DNA of 62,762 nucleotides, the filler included, from Nemertoderma westbladi (taxonomy: Eukaryota; Animalia; Xenacoelomorpha), in assembly GCA_032718475.1 (NCBI GenBank). It is 4 parts of 4 records of this genome, joined end to end, with 100 filler letters (N's around TTAATTAATTAA, not from the genome) between each part and the next. Parts side by side here need not be neighbours in the genome. Positions count along the whole stretch, not along the records: positions 31,149 to 56,076 come from JAUCBJ010005270.1; 3 more parts are not named here. The stretch is one strand, 5' to 3'. The position numbers were made by a program, and so were the translations under genes. The notes under the pieces were generated by a model. The model saw nothing but the letters and a program-made list of their open reading frames with translations. It was not told the origin of the DNA and did no database searches. Positions 34,101 through 45,064 of the stretch are shown piece by piece (position 1 is the first letter of the stretch; the number at the start of each line of letters is the position of its first letter).

Positions 34101-36088
34101 CTCTAGAGGAGCAACCCCTCAAGAACTGATAGATACTCCAGACTGGTTAGGTGGACCCGACTTCCTAAGTAAAGAAGAGGATGAATGGCCCCCTCATCTC
34201 ACCACGGCGGAGATTAGACAAGCCAAGGGAGCGGAGAAAGTCAAACCTAAAACCCGGACGAGTAAATCAAAGTTATTTAAACCCGTGATAGATCTGTCTG
34301 TACTACACACCTCCGGGGACGACGCTGTGGATCTAAACTCACCCATTACGACTAGATCCGTTATAGAAATCAGGGAAAGAGACTGGAAATCTGGAACACC
34401 AGATGTCTCGCAAGGACTCTCCCCTCTCCTACAGAGAGCAATAGATCACTATAGCTCCTGGAATCGGCTTTGCAAGGCCGTTGTGTATCTTAAAAGATGT
34501 TTCCATCATCACTATTCCAGGACGAAGATCGCTAGTGATACCGCTCCAATAATATCCGAAAAGGTCCATGTTATTAAAGACCTTCCCACTTATAAAGTGT
34601 CTGATAGGTTTCTGACTGAGAAGATCAGTTACCAAGAGCATGAGGATACCAATAAGCAGATACTGAGACTCCTGCAATGCTACGAAGATTCCGATAAGTA
34701 TTTCCTGTTGTTGAGAAATCCACAGATGCGCTTAAGGGATCGTTTCTCTAGCACAATGATAGATGGGTTAATACGTGTCGGAGGGAGATTAACTAATGCT
34801 CCATTGTCCTTTGACACTAAGTTTCCCATACTCATTAGAAATCTTGAAATACAAATCAAGATGATTGTAGATGTTCACAGTAGACTTTACCATGCTGGTA
34901 GAGAACGAGTTCTTAGCGAAATTCGAACTCGCTATTATTTCCATAAGCCCCGTAGAGCTCTGAACCAAGTTCTTAGGAACTGTATACCCTGTAGGAAAGC
35001 ATTTAGTAGGCCTTTAACACAGCGAGAGGCAGAATTACCTAGGGAACGAGTAAGCTTCTATGAACCACTCCTTTACTAATACTGGTGTGGATTTATTTGG
35101 CCCTATTGAAGTATATCGTGCTAGGACTATAGTCAAGCGATGGTGTGTCATCTTTGTCTGTATGACTTGTAGAGCGATCCATCTAGATATGGTGAACGAT
35201 CTATCTACCAACAGCTTCATACTGAGTTTACGCCGACAGATCGCTCGTTTTGGGACTAGCAACACTATGAGATCCGACAAAGGAACGAACTTCATTGGCG
35301 CCAATAATGAGATCAAAGCTTACGTGAAAGATTGGAACCAAAGACAGGTGGACGATCAGCTAAGGGTAACAGCATCTAGCTGGACCTTCAACGCCGCCGA
35401 CGCCCCTTGGTGGGGAGGAAGTTGGGAGAGACTAATACGGAGCGTGAAGACCGCATTTCACTTTATAGTGCCGTGCCGCGCGTATCTCACCGACGAACTT
35501 TTGCGGACGTTAATGGAAGAAATCGCCGCCTATCTTAACGAGAGACCGCTTATGCCAGTCTCATCGAGTCCCGACTCCCTAGAAGCGCTGACACCCGCGC
35601 ATTTCCTACTAAAGAAACCTGTAGCCATGCTCCCGCAATCGGAAATCACGGACAGAGACGAATACTGCCGACAAACTTGGCAACTTATGCAGTTATTATC
35701 CCGTCGTTTCGCTGACCATTTCGAAATACATTATCTTCCTGCGCTACAACTTCGAACAAAGCGGTTTGCGCAGCAAGAAAACGTCAGCGCCGGAGACATG
35801 GTCCTTATCGTGGAATCAGATCTTCCACGTAAGAGGTGACAGACAGGTCGTATCATCGAGACTCATATATCCGATGATGGTTTAGTGCGATCGGTAGAAC
35901 TCATCGTCATGCGACGTAACTTTAAGAAACCTGGAATTGTATTCGAAACACAACAACTTAATCGCCCAGTTGGTCATTTATGTTTACTGGAAAGAGACCA
36001 AGAGTTATCCGGAAACTATGGAAGGCAAGATACTCTTCCCACGACCACCTCCCTAATCCAACAAACATCTAGGGACTCCCCAACGTAA
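31149..36088 (+). mobile_element. BEL/Pao retrotransposon gag end + pol (protease, RT, RNase H, integrase), with several stops and frameshifts
   Basis: Gag knuckles CVLCDGPH, CYNCLRRGH and CAKCGAKHH. Protease LLDSGS. RT FDGSA...SDIEGMFLQV...YMDD. RNase H LHVFGDAS, VPRAEL, YWTD and NPADIASRG. Integrase HHCC, GVDLFGP, SDKGTNF and WGGSWERLIRSVK. Confidence 0.95.
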
Positions 36089-36675
36089 CAGCGTCTGGAG
36101 TGGGTGTGTGACTACATTATTTTATAGTTTTTTTTATTATTTTATATTTATGTATGTATTATTATGTAATTTTATTACAATCGTTTTCTTTAATTTTATT
36201 TAGTAGAATAATATTTTAACAATTATTCAGTAGATTAGTGCAATATATATTCGTGTTTATTACTTAATTACTTAGCATAATATATTTCGTTTAACGGCGA
36301 TAAATAATTCATTTTCTCTTTCCTTACTGTCCGTATCATACTATAAATACATGACTACAGTAAGATGAAATGTCCGTACTTATTAAAAGTACAATACCGC
36401 CCCTACTATACTTAAGTATTATTGGTAAGTAGAGTATTGGGAATGCAAAGTTCAGATCCTCGTGTCTCGGCTAAACCAAGCTCTGGGTAGACCTTGGAAA
36501 CGACTTGCCTCTTCTAACTGACATTGCTTCTTGCAATATTGCTCTCATACCGTATATTAAATAATACATATAGTAGAATGATGTCCATTTAACAGTAGCG
36601 TTGAAGTTCAAAATATTAACAAACATTATTAATATTAATAATGTTATCAAACAAATCTGTTAATGAATCTTCAAA

Positions 36676-37044
36676 TAAATCTGTTAAACCCTTTGACCAT
36701 CTGAAATCCTAGTCGATTAATATATCGCGGCACCCACCGATATACTTGAAAGACAAAATTCTAGAATCAGTGGTTAATGTCCCCAGACATGTTCTGGAAT
36801 AAATCGGTGCCCATCTTAAATATTAAATATTTAATAAATATTTATAAAATCTGTTAAAACAAATGTTATAATAGAGTAAATGCTGACAAATTAACTCTAG
36901 AAAATCTATAAATCAAAATCTGTTAAAATTTTCGATCCTCTAAAATTATAGTCGATTAAGATATCGTAGCACTTACCGATACTCTTAAAAAGACAAAATT
37001 TTTAGAATTAAAGATCCTAGTCCCCAGACATGTTCTGGAATAAA
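36676..37044. repeat. Diverged direct repeat (period ~240 bp) in the pol-to-accessory-ORF spacer
   Basis: AAATCTGTTAAA...TAGTCGATTAA...GTCCCCAGACATGTTCTGGAATAAA occurs at ~36677-36804 and ~36917-37044. Confidence 0.8.
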
Positions 37045-37677
37045 ATTGTGTCTATTTTAATATCAAATAATAAAATTTATGGGAATAAATTTAAATTCAT
37101 ATCCTCTCATGAATTTGATAAATTGTCATTTTATATAATTTATAACATTCCCAAAATTCCATTAATTAATAGATCATGGGAGCGGAGATTCACCCTATTA
37201 AGTGTATTAGTGTGCGAGAATCTCCAGTGTACAGTCAATAGCCGACAAAATTCATAAAATCATGTATAAGGGGAATATTGACAATTAAAAAAATTACTAT
37301 TAAATAGCATCCCAGATCTGTATGCATGAGAATGACCCTAATTCTACCGCTAGCTTTCCATAATGTCACCATAGCAACAACCATGCTAGAATTAGAAGCG
37401 AGTTAAAATAACAATAGAAAGCTTGCCCCATTGAATAGCATGCGGAATAAATAGCACCCTGCTAGTATCCAGGGATACATAATAATAACGTGGCATTCTG
37501 GAAGGCACTTGACTAACGGACAAAGGCCCGAATGTGTACAATTTGTGACAGGAGTGTGGAATTTGTGTATTTATAGGTGAATGTTACTACTAAAGTGTGT
37601 TTACAGTAGCGAGTCGCAGTTGTGAAAGTTACCCTGCCTCTGTAGCAAGAACCTCCAGTAAATCTAAGCCCTTGGGA

Positions 37678-37786
37678 TGGACAGTGGAGTGACTCGCGCT
37701 GGTTATTGTTGTCGTTGTGTAGCTACTACGTTGGCGAGAGGCACAGCGACGACAGTACATCAGCGCTGAGGATCTTGCGCTGTCCG
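37678..37786 (+). ncRNA. Conserved long RNA hairpin, copy 2, ~80 nt upstream of the accessory ORF ATG
   Basis: 37696-37720 pairs with 37741-37766 (25 bp, one bulge), and 37678-37686 pairs with 37778-37786. Compensatory changes relative to copy 1. Confidence 0.65.
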
Positions 37787-37865
37787 GGGGCACTGAGGGG
37801 GAGGCAGCGACGACCGCTAGCCTAATTATTATTAATTATAATATCGATAAACTCATATAGCAGCC

Positions 37866-39845
37866 ATGACTGAGTTGATAGAAGATGATCTTGGTATCAG
37901 GGAGCGATATACCCTACCATTGCAAGCGTTTGTTGATAGTTTAATAAGTGGCGACGCTAGTCAACCCACTACGGAGGACGATGGCCGTTATATCGAACCG
38001 CCAATGTCAAAGGAACAGCTCACGCGTGAATTGGACTATAGAAAATTCACCGCTCGGTATACGCATCGTAATGGTACGTATATGGACTTCTGAACTACTG
38101 GTCATCCTATCGATTTACACGATACGGACGATGTAGACACCGAAAGGGAAATGATTCTATTTAAATATCATACCCAGCGGAGTCGGAATGATAAACTGAG
38201 AATCAAACATGAAAATTCTATTCGAAACCGATTCGAAAGAGAAGACGTTGAAGAGCCGGATAAACGCAGTGACTTCAACGAATATTTGGAATTCTTGAGA
38301 GAAACATATCTCAATGTAGCCAGTCAACAAAATCTAGAAACTCGATATCCTCAAGGTATACATCATAACCCTATGATAGAACTCAAACGACTCTATTTCA
38401 CTATGATGTATCTTACCGCCGATCGACCGCTACCTGTTGTACCGGATAGCTTCGAACAGATCGAGGAATATTGTAAAACTGGAGAAAGATCACCCACGTT
38501 TCCCTACAAGATGTGCGTCTTTGGTATTATTGCGATGAATGCCCTAGACCCAACCAACAAACGGAAAGACATAAACATCCGCGGAGATGTTGCGCTAAAC
38601 ACAGTTTTACTCGCTATACTTATGGGAGTTTCAACCGAAACTTGTTCGATGTATCACCCACGCTCGCTTGACTCAAACGATCCTTAAATAAACCTATGAT
38701 CAGAGTTCCGGAATACTCGGTCAGACCTTCTCATTCCCTGGTGAGACCTCAGACTCTTGATCCTAATAGTACGACGGATCCTCCTGAACTGTACTCATTG
38801 TTCAAAGATCTAGTGTTACCCGAACAATTAGTCGGTGGCACTCCGGTTGTGGGCTCCCTAGATATTCGCCCATCCTACCTAGCCGGATTGGGACGCGGAC
38901 ATCTAATATCGTCGTTCAACCCGTATAATCGTCCCGGTTTAACCCAGATACAACCCGTCACCGAGGTGGAGGAGAGCGTTGTACGAAACGCGTTAGACAC
39001 TATTCGACAAAAGATCGGAAAAGGAACCTACGATTGTTTAGATAAACGTAAATTGCAGCAGCAAGTCCAAGCGGTAAAGGAATTGGCCTTACCCCAGTTC
39101 GATCGGGAAATCCAGAATCTCGAAGAAGATATCGAACTTGGACGAACCTACTCTCTACAGAAGTTTTTGGACGAACGCTTCTAACGATAAGTGGAGGAAA
39201 ATCAGCTCGAGGAGAAGCACATCGAAATGGACGAGAGAGAAAAAGCAGCTTTAGCCCAGCCAGAAGCTCAAATCCTTATGACTGATCTCTATTCCAAAAC
39301 CATTATTCATCCTTCGATGGTTCCCCATTTCGGAGACAAACTCTTCGCCATGGTACAACCCCAACCGGTTGATATCAACTTAAGATCTAGAGATCTTATC
39401 GCTGACGCTCCTATATTACAACGTCCACCAATCGAGGCCGCTCGTGTCGACGGTATACTTGTTAAACCTCCGGACAATCGAGCGGATCTTGTCCGTCGTA
39501 TGGTACACGAGGTCAACCTATGCGCTAGACCTTTACCGAACTCATTTTATGGGATCAAAGACCACCCCTATTATGTCAATTTAACTCAATATTATATGGT
39601 GAAACCGGAAGTTTAAGGTTTCTACCACTGATAAATCCCCTAGATCTTGTTGAACTCGAACAACTACAGAAACATCTAGATCAATTGGTCAAAGTAAACT
39701 CATTCAGAAAACCTTATAATGTTTCAAGAATAGAAAAGGATATAATGCCTCCGTATAATCTCGATGGATTTATTAAAACTCGATTAGTCCATTGGAATCT
39801 CGACGTATTCTTCGAGGAAGAGAGAATACAGCGATATGGAGATGC
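37866..39845 (+). pseudogene. Accessory ORF of the LTR element, N-terminal part (broken into ORFs 37866, 38151, 38696, 39191 and 39685)
   Basis: The consecutive ORFs join through single stops or 1-nt frameshifts. Copy 1 retains the open state at several lesions: an extra C at ~38503, CGG for TGA at ~38659, and CAG for TAA at ~39182. Confidence 0.75.
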
Positions 39846-41088
39846 TGTAAAGGCTTTTGCGGATTTAGCTGGTTATTTTTCCCGCAAAGTACTCTGTAGG
39901 TGTTTTAGCGGACATAAAAAGCCGTTTCCTTACTGTACAGGTGTTTTAGTGGACATAAAAATCCATTTCTTCTGTATGTGTACTTTGGCGGACATAACTA
40001 GCAATTTTATGCCGCAATGCACCAAAATACTCTTCTGTATGTTTACTTTGGCGGACATAACTAGCAATTTTATGCCGCAATGCACCAAAATACTCTTAAT
40101 ACAGTGTAGTTCAGATGACGACATCTATCAGCTGATATGTCGACGTGTAGCTTTTGGCTTTCTTTGTTCAGGCTCACTCACTCGACCAATCAGAGCGATT
40201 TTCATTTTACTTGCACAGAGGCCTCCGGGAAATCACGCAATGCATTATGGTCTTTGTTTACCTTTTTTCCTGAGACCAGAACATCGGTTGTGTAATTATT
40301 CTGTGTTTCAGACTTTAGCCAAACATTAGAACGGCTTTGATTATAGAAACGTATAACTGTTATCATACTTGTCATATTATCATACTATACATACCTTTCA
40401 CCGCATTATTTTACTGCTATTTACTGTCGGTGATTAATTGTTATCAGTTGATGGAATGTTGTTGTATTTGGAGAATATCGATAAATAATCATAAAACCCC
40501 AATCTTCTTGATATACTGAAGGTTAGAGAGACCGGTTACATATAGCAATTGCGACTTACATTATAGTGGTTTTGGAGTGAATTGAATGCTATTTCATAGG
40601 CCCTACATGTGTCGGTTGCTGTTCTCCTTATATATGATTAAAATTGGTGAAGGTCGGCAGATCATTGTGCAGCAGTGTGAGGTAGTGTGCATGAGTGTGA
40701 CAGATAACAAAGCATTTCCTAAAGAATGCGCCTTATACGTAAATCATTAGCCATCCCGTTGTGTTTAGTGTAAGTCATAACTCTGTTTACATATTTAGAG
40801 CGCCACGTCCTAAAGGAACTGTTAATATTTCCCGAAAGTGAATAATATTTGTCAGATAGATTATATATTAACGATCAATCGAATAATACAGTAGGCCTAC
40901 ACCGCAATAAGGTCAGAGCATCCGAATCCAGTCTCCCTTAACCGTGGGTGAATGATCGCGCATAGGCTGGCTTCGGCTAATGTAGTTTTATGTGTATCAA
41001 ATACTTGTCATAGGCTAAAGTCGATTTATAACCTAGAAGACACCTAAAGTTGGCAGGTTAAACTGCTAAAGGTCTAAAAGCGCGAACA
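39846..41088 (+). mobile_element. Solo LTR of the same family with a 5-bp TSD (GATGC)
   Basis: TGTAAAGGC...GCGCGAACA is flanked by GATGC at 39841-39845 and 41089-41093. Removing it restores the frame YGDA|ETYTTHYLKYSDLPDLE. Confidence 0.93.
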
Positions 41089-41141
41089 GATGCAGAGACT
41101 TATACTACACATTATCTGAAGTATAGCGATCTACCTGATCT

Positions 41142-42093
41142 AGAAACAGAGTGGAGGGGTTTACTGTAAAAGATCACCCATGTTGTTGAACAGGCATTCC
41201 TTTAAGAAACAGAGTGGAAGGGTTTACTGTGGAAGATCACCCATGGTGGTGAACAGGCATTCCTTTAGGAAACAGAGTGGAGGGGTTTACTGTGAAAGAT
41301 CACCCATGGTGGTGAACAGGCATTCCTTTAGGAAACAGAGTGGAGTGGTTTACTGTGAAAGATCACCCATGGTGGTGAACAGGTAATCCTTTAGGAAACA
41401 GAGTGGAATGGTTTACTGTGAAAGATCACCCATGGTGGTGAACAGGCATTCCTTTAGTAAACAGAGCGGAAGGGTTTACTGTGGAAGATCACCCATGGTG
41501 GTGAACAGGCACTCCTTTAGGAAACAGAGTGGAAGGGTTTACTGTGGAAGATCACACATGGTGGTAAACAGGCATTCCTTTAGGAAACAGAGTGGAAGGG
41601 TTTACTGTGAAAGATCACCCATGGTGGTGAACAGACATTCCTTTAGGAAACAGAGTGGAAGGGTTTACTGTGGAAGATCACCCATGGTGGTGAACAGGCA
41701 TTCCTTTAGGAAACAGAGTGGAAGGATTTACTGTGGAAGATCACCCATGTTGTTGAACAGGCATTCCTTTAGGAAACAGAGTGGAAGGGTTTACTGTGGA
41801 AGATCACCCGTGGTGGTGAACAGGCATTCCTTTAGGAAACAGAGTGGAGGGGTTTACTGTGAAAGATCACCCATGGTGGTGAACAGGCATTCCTTTAGGA
41901 AACAGAGTGGAAGGATTTACTGTGGAAGATCACCCATGTTGTTGAACAGGCATTCCTTTAGGAAACAGAGTGGAGGGGTTTACTGTGAAAGATCACCCAT
42001 GGTGGTGACCAGGCATTCCTTTAGGAAACAGAGTGGAAGGATTTACTGTGGAAGATCACCCACGGTGGTGAACAGGTATTCCAATAGGAAACA
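41142..42093. repeat. 63-bp tandem minisatellite, ~15 copies
   Basis: Unit GAAACAGAGTGGAAGGGTTTACTGTGGAAGATCACCCATGGTGGTGAACAGGCATTCCTTTAG. Confidence 0.97.
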
Positions 42094-42521
42094 GAAAAGT
42101 TCACTCTTTAGTATGCGTACTACCTTTTTAGAAAAAATGTATCATGAAAAAAAGTGAAAAAGAAATACTATGAAATAAAGTGAAAGTGACATAGTTTAGT
42201 TGCAAGGTGATGCTGAGTCTTAAACTCACCTCTTAAAATACCGTGCTCTATGTCATCTAAAGTGAAGACCATGCCGCCGATATTGTAAGCGTTACATCTC
42301 CAGAACTGTTTAATATCGAGTACAGACTTGGGAAGACTTTGTTGGCGAACCAGACTATGTAAAGTTAAACTATTATAGATATCTATAAAAAAATTTTAGT
42401 AAAATAATGTTAAGGAAAATATTAGCGAGATATAACAATAATTGGAATGAATACATATCATATGACGTCACAGGAATAAATACCCCCCGTCACAAAGCGT
42501 TACTGAAGCTCGAGAAAAAGT

Positions 42522-45064
42522 TTGCAACTTATCACGAATGGCAGAATTTATACTATGGATAATGTGTCAAACCATTCTGATCACGTGCCAATATCAGCTA
42601 AGTTAAAAATAAACACCACATTAAAATCATCACCTAACATCAAAGGACCCAGGGACTCAATGCACCGCAGCATACGCCGGTTCAACTGGGACAAATGCAG
42701 TGAAGAACAAGTGGAAAATTACAAGATTTCGAACCTTACTGATCTCAACAGCCTTGATGGGATTATTGAAGGCAACTCAAAAAGCTGGACCAAAGAGGAC
42801 TTTGAGTGGTATGGAGACTCACTGCAGAACATATTCTACGAAGCTGCCTGTGTATATATCCCTCAGGTTAGCATCAGGAAACGAACGCGTAACTATAGGA
42901 TAAGGAATAATCGACTCAACGAGAAATCCAAAATTACCAAAACTCTGTATGGCATTTGGTGTGAGCGTGGAAAAGGTCAGTCGGATCCATTCCACCAGAT
43001 GTTCAAGGACTCCAAACGTGCAGTGAGACGCCTCAGAAACTGGTTAACAAAGCAGAAATTATCCCAATACATTCACAAGGTAGTTGATAATCAAACAGCC
43101 AGGCGACGAAACCTTTGGAGCCATCTTAATGGAAAACAAACCTCAGACACACCAGAATCTATGCGAACTCCTCTCACAACTCATTTACGTGAACAATTTC
43201 AAAGAGACTCAAAACAATCTGGTGAATGGGAAACGTTAATGGACGACATCGATATAAAATGCAAGGAAACGGAACGCCCTGTAATTTCGGAGAAAACAAT
43301 AGAAAAGCTAGTCCTACTATTAGGCAAGGGCAAAGCACCAGACAACCGAACACTCACCATTGAACACTTGCTCTATACAGACAAAGAAGCAGTTAGTAAA
43401 CACCTATCCAGATTGTTCAACGAATCAATCCGCCTCGGTGTCCTACCATCCTTTTTTGGAGAAACAGTTATCAAGTGTCTCTACAAAGGTAAAGGCAAAG
43501 ACACTTTAAATCCTTCATCCTACCGCCCTATTGCATCTATCAGTCTATTCGCAAAAATCCTTGAAGGTGTAATACTGAAGGATTACTTAGCTGACTTACA
43601 GCCTGACGGAATGCAATTTGCCTACCAAAAGCTCATAGGGTCTGATGTCATAATTAGTGCCATACTGGAATATATTGAATTCTATCGCAGCAGGGGGTCC
43701 GGGGTCTATGTCTGCCAAATGAACATTGCATCAGCATTTGACTCAGTCAACCATTACCTCTTGTTCAAGAAACTATCAGGTCATATGAATCCCCATATAT
43801 GTCGACTTCTGGCTGTATACTATAATTTGAGCACAGTATTCATAAACATCAATCAGTACATCAGTAGACATCAGTAGATGTTAATGGATTCGCAATGCAC
43901 AATGGCTTGAAACAAGGATCAATCATATCACCAATTTTATTTAACTTCTACACGAATGGTGTTCTCTCACAACTACACGATGGTGGTCCAGACAGTAGAG
44001 GTTGCCGAATTTTTAATTTGATTACAAGCGCGCTATCTTATGCTGATGACATACTGCTGCTGGGAACCTCCGACAACGAAATCAAACAGATGACCACTTT
44101 CATACAAACCAAACTGACTAATCTAAACCTTATCTTGGAAACGACCAAAGTGAATTGGATATTCAAAGAACCATACCATAATAAAAAGAATCAGAGCCCA
44201 CCACTCATGATTTCCATTAATGACCATCTTCATGCAGCATCACCGTTCCTAACATTTCTTGGGGTCACAATCTATGGAAGTCCGGGACATAACAAAACAG
44301 GGGCCTCAGACACGATACAATCGATCGCCGTTCTCGCAGACTCTTTCCACAGAAACGGGTGGACGACCAAACACTATCCTGTACAGACGGTGGCAATGTT
44401 ATGGCGGACTGTTGCCCTATCGTCCTTGTTATACCGACTCAAGTTTCGCATTGGGGAGCTATCCAAAAAGGACACTGAAACTGTGGAATTGTATTACAGG
44501 AAACAATTACGGGGGATCCTGCACTTAGGATGCTATGTATCCAATGAGACCCTGTATCATCTGTTTGGAACTGGAACACTGTCGCTAGAGGGTTACAAAT
44601 CATGTTTGGGTACGTTGCTTCGTGCGCTAAAATGCCCCAACATGAATGTCCAAGAATCCCTCCGGATTACATTGCAATCTAACCATCGTTCTGAGTATCA
44701 AGGACTGGGGAGCATGCACAGAAAATCGGTCATAAGTCACGGACTACCCTCCATTACATCACTCTGCAATTACGAGTACCATACTAAAAATTTATTCCAA
44801 CGTTTATCCCCACCAACCGCATCACCACAACACGCTGAAGAAGCTCGATTTATACAACAGATTTATAAATCATCAGGGATCACTTTCAGTGCTAAGAACA
44901 AACATATTACTGACTTTTTCAACATTTAGCAATTTCAATTTTCGTGTTTTTATTAGTCTGAACTAACAGTTTTTACTAAGCATTTTACTATACATATTTA
45001 ATATTATGTGTATTTTGATGTGTCATTGTTACTATATGTGAATTAAACTAAATCGATCAATCAA
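42522..45064 (+). mobile_element. 5'-truncated, frameshifted LINE (APE end + RT; clade uncertain, L2/CR1/RTEX-like)
   Basis: HSDHVPI, KGKAPD...IEHL, SYRPIASISLFAKILE, QFAY, SAFDSVNH, GLKQGSIISP and YADDILL. The 3' end is ATTAAA followed by a short TCAA-like tail at ~45042-45064. Confidence 0.85.

Noticed and set aside
39685-40329. 214-aa ORF as a gene
   Set aside because: Chimeric: accessory-ORF sequence up to 39845, then read-through into the solo LTR.
41408-42157. 249-aa repeat protein ORF
   Set aside because: A by-product of a 63-bp unit; one unit has an in-frame stop and there is no unique domain.
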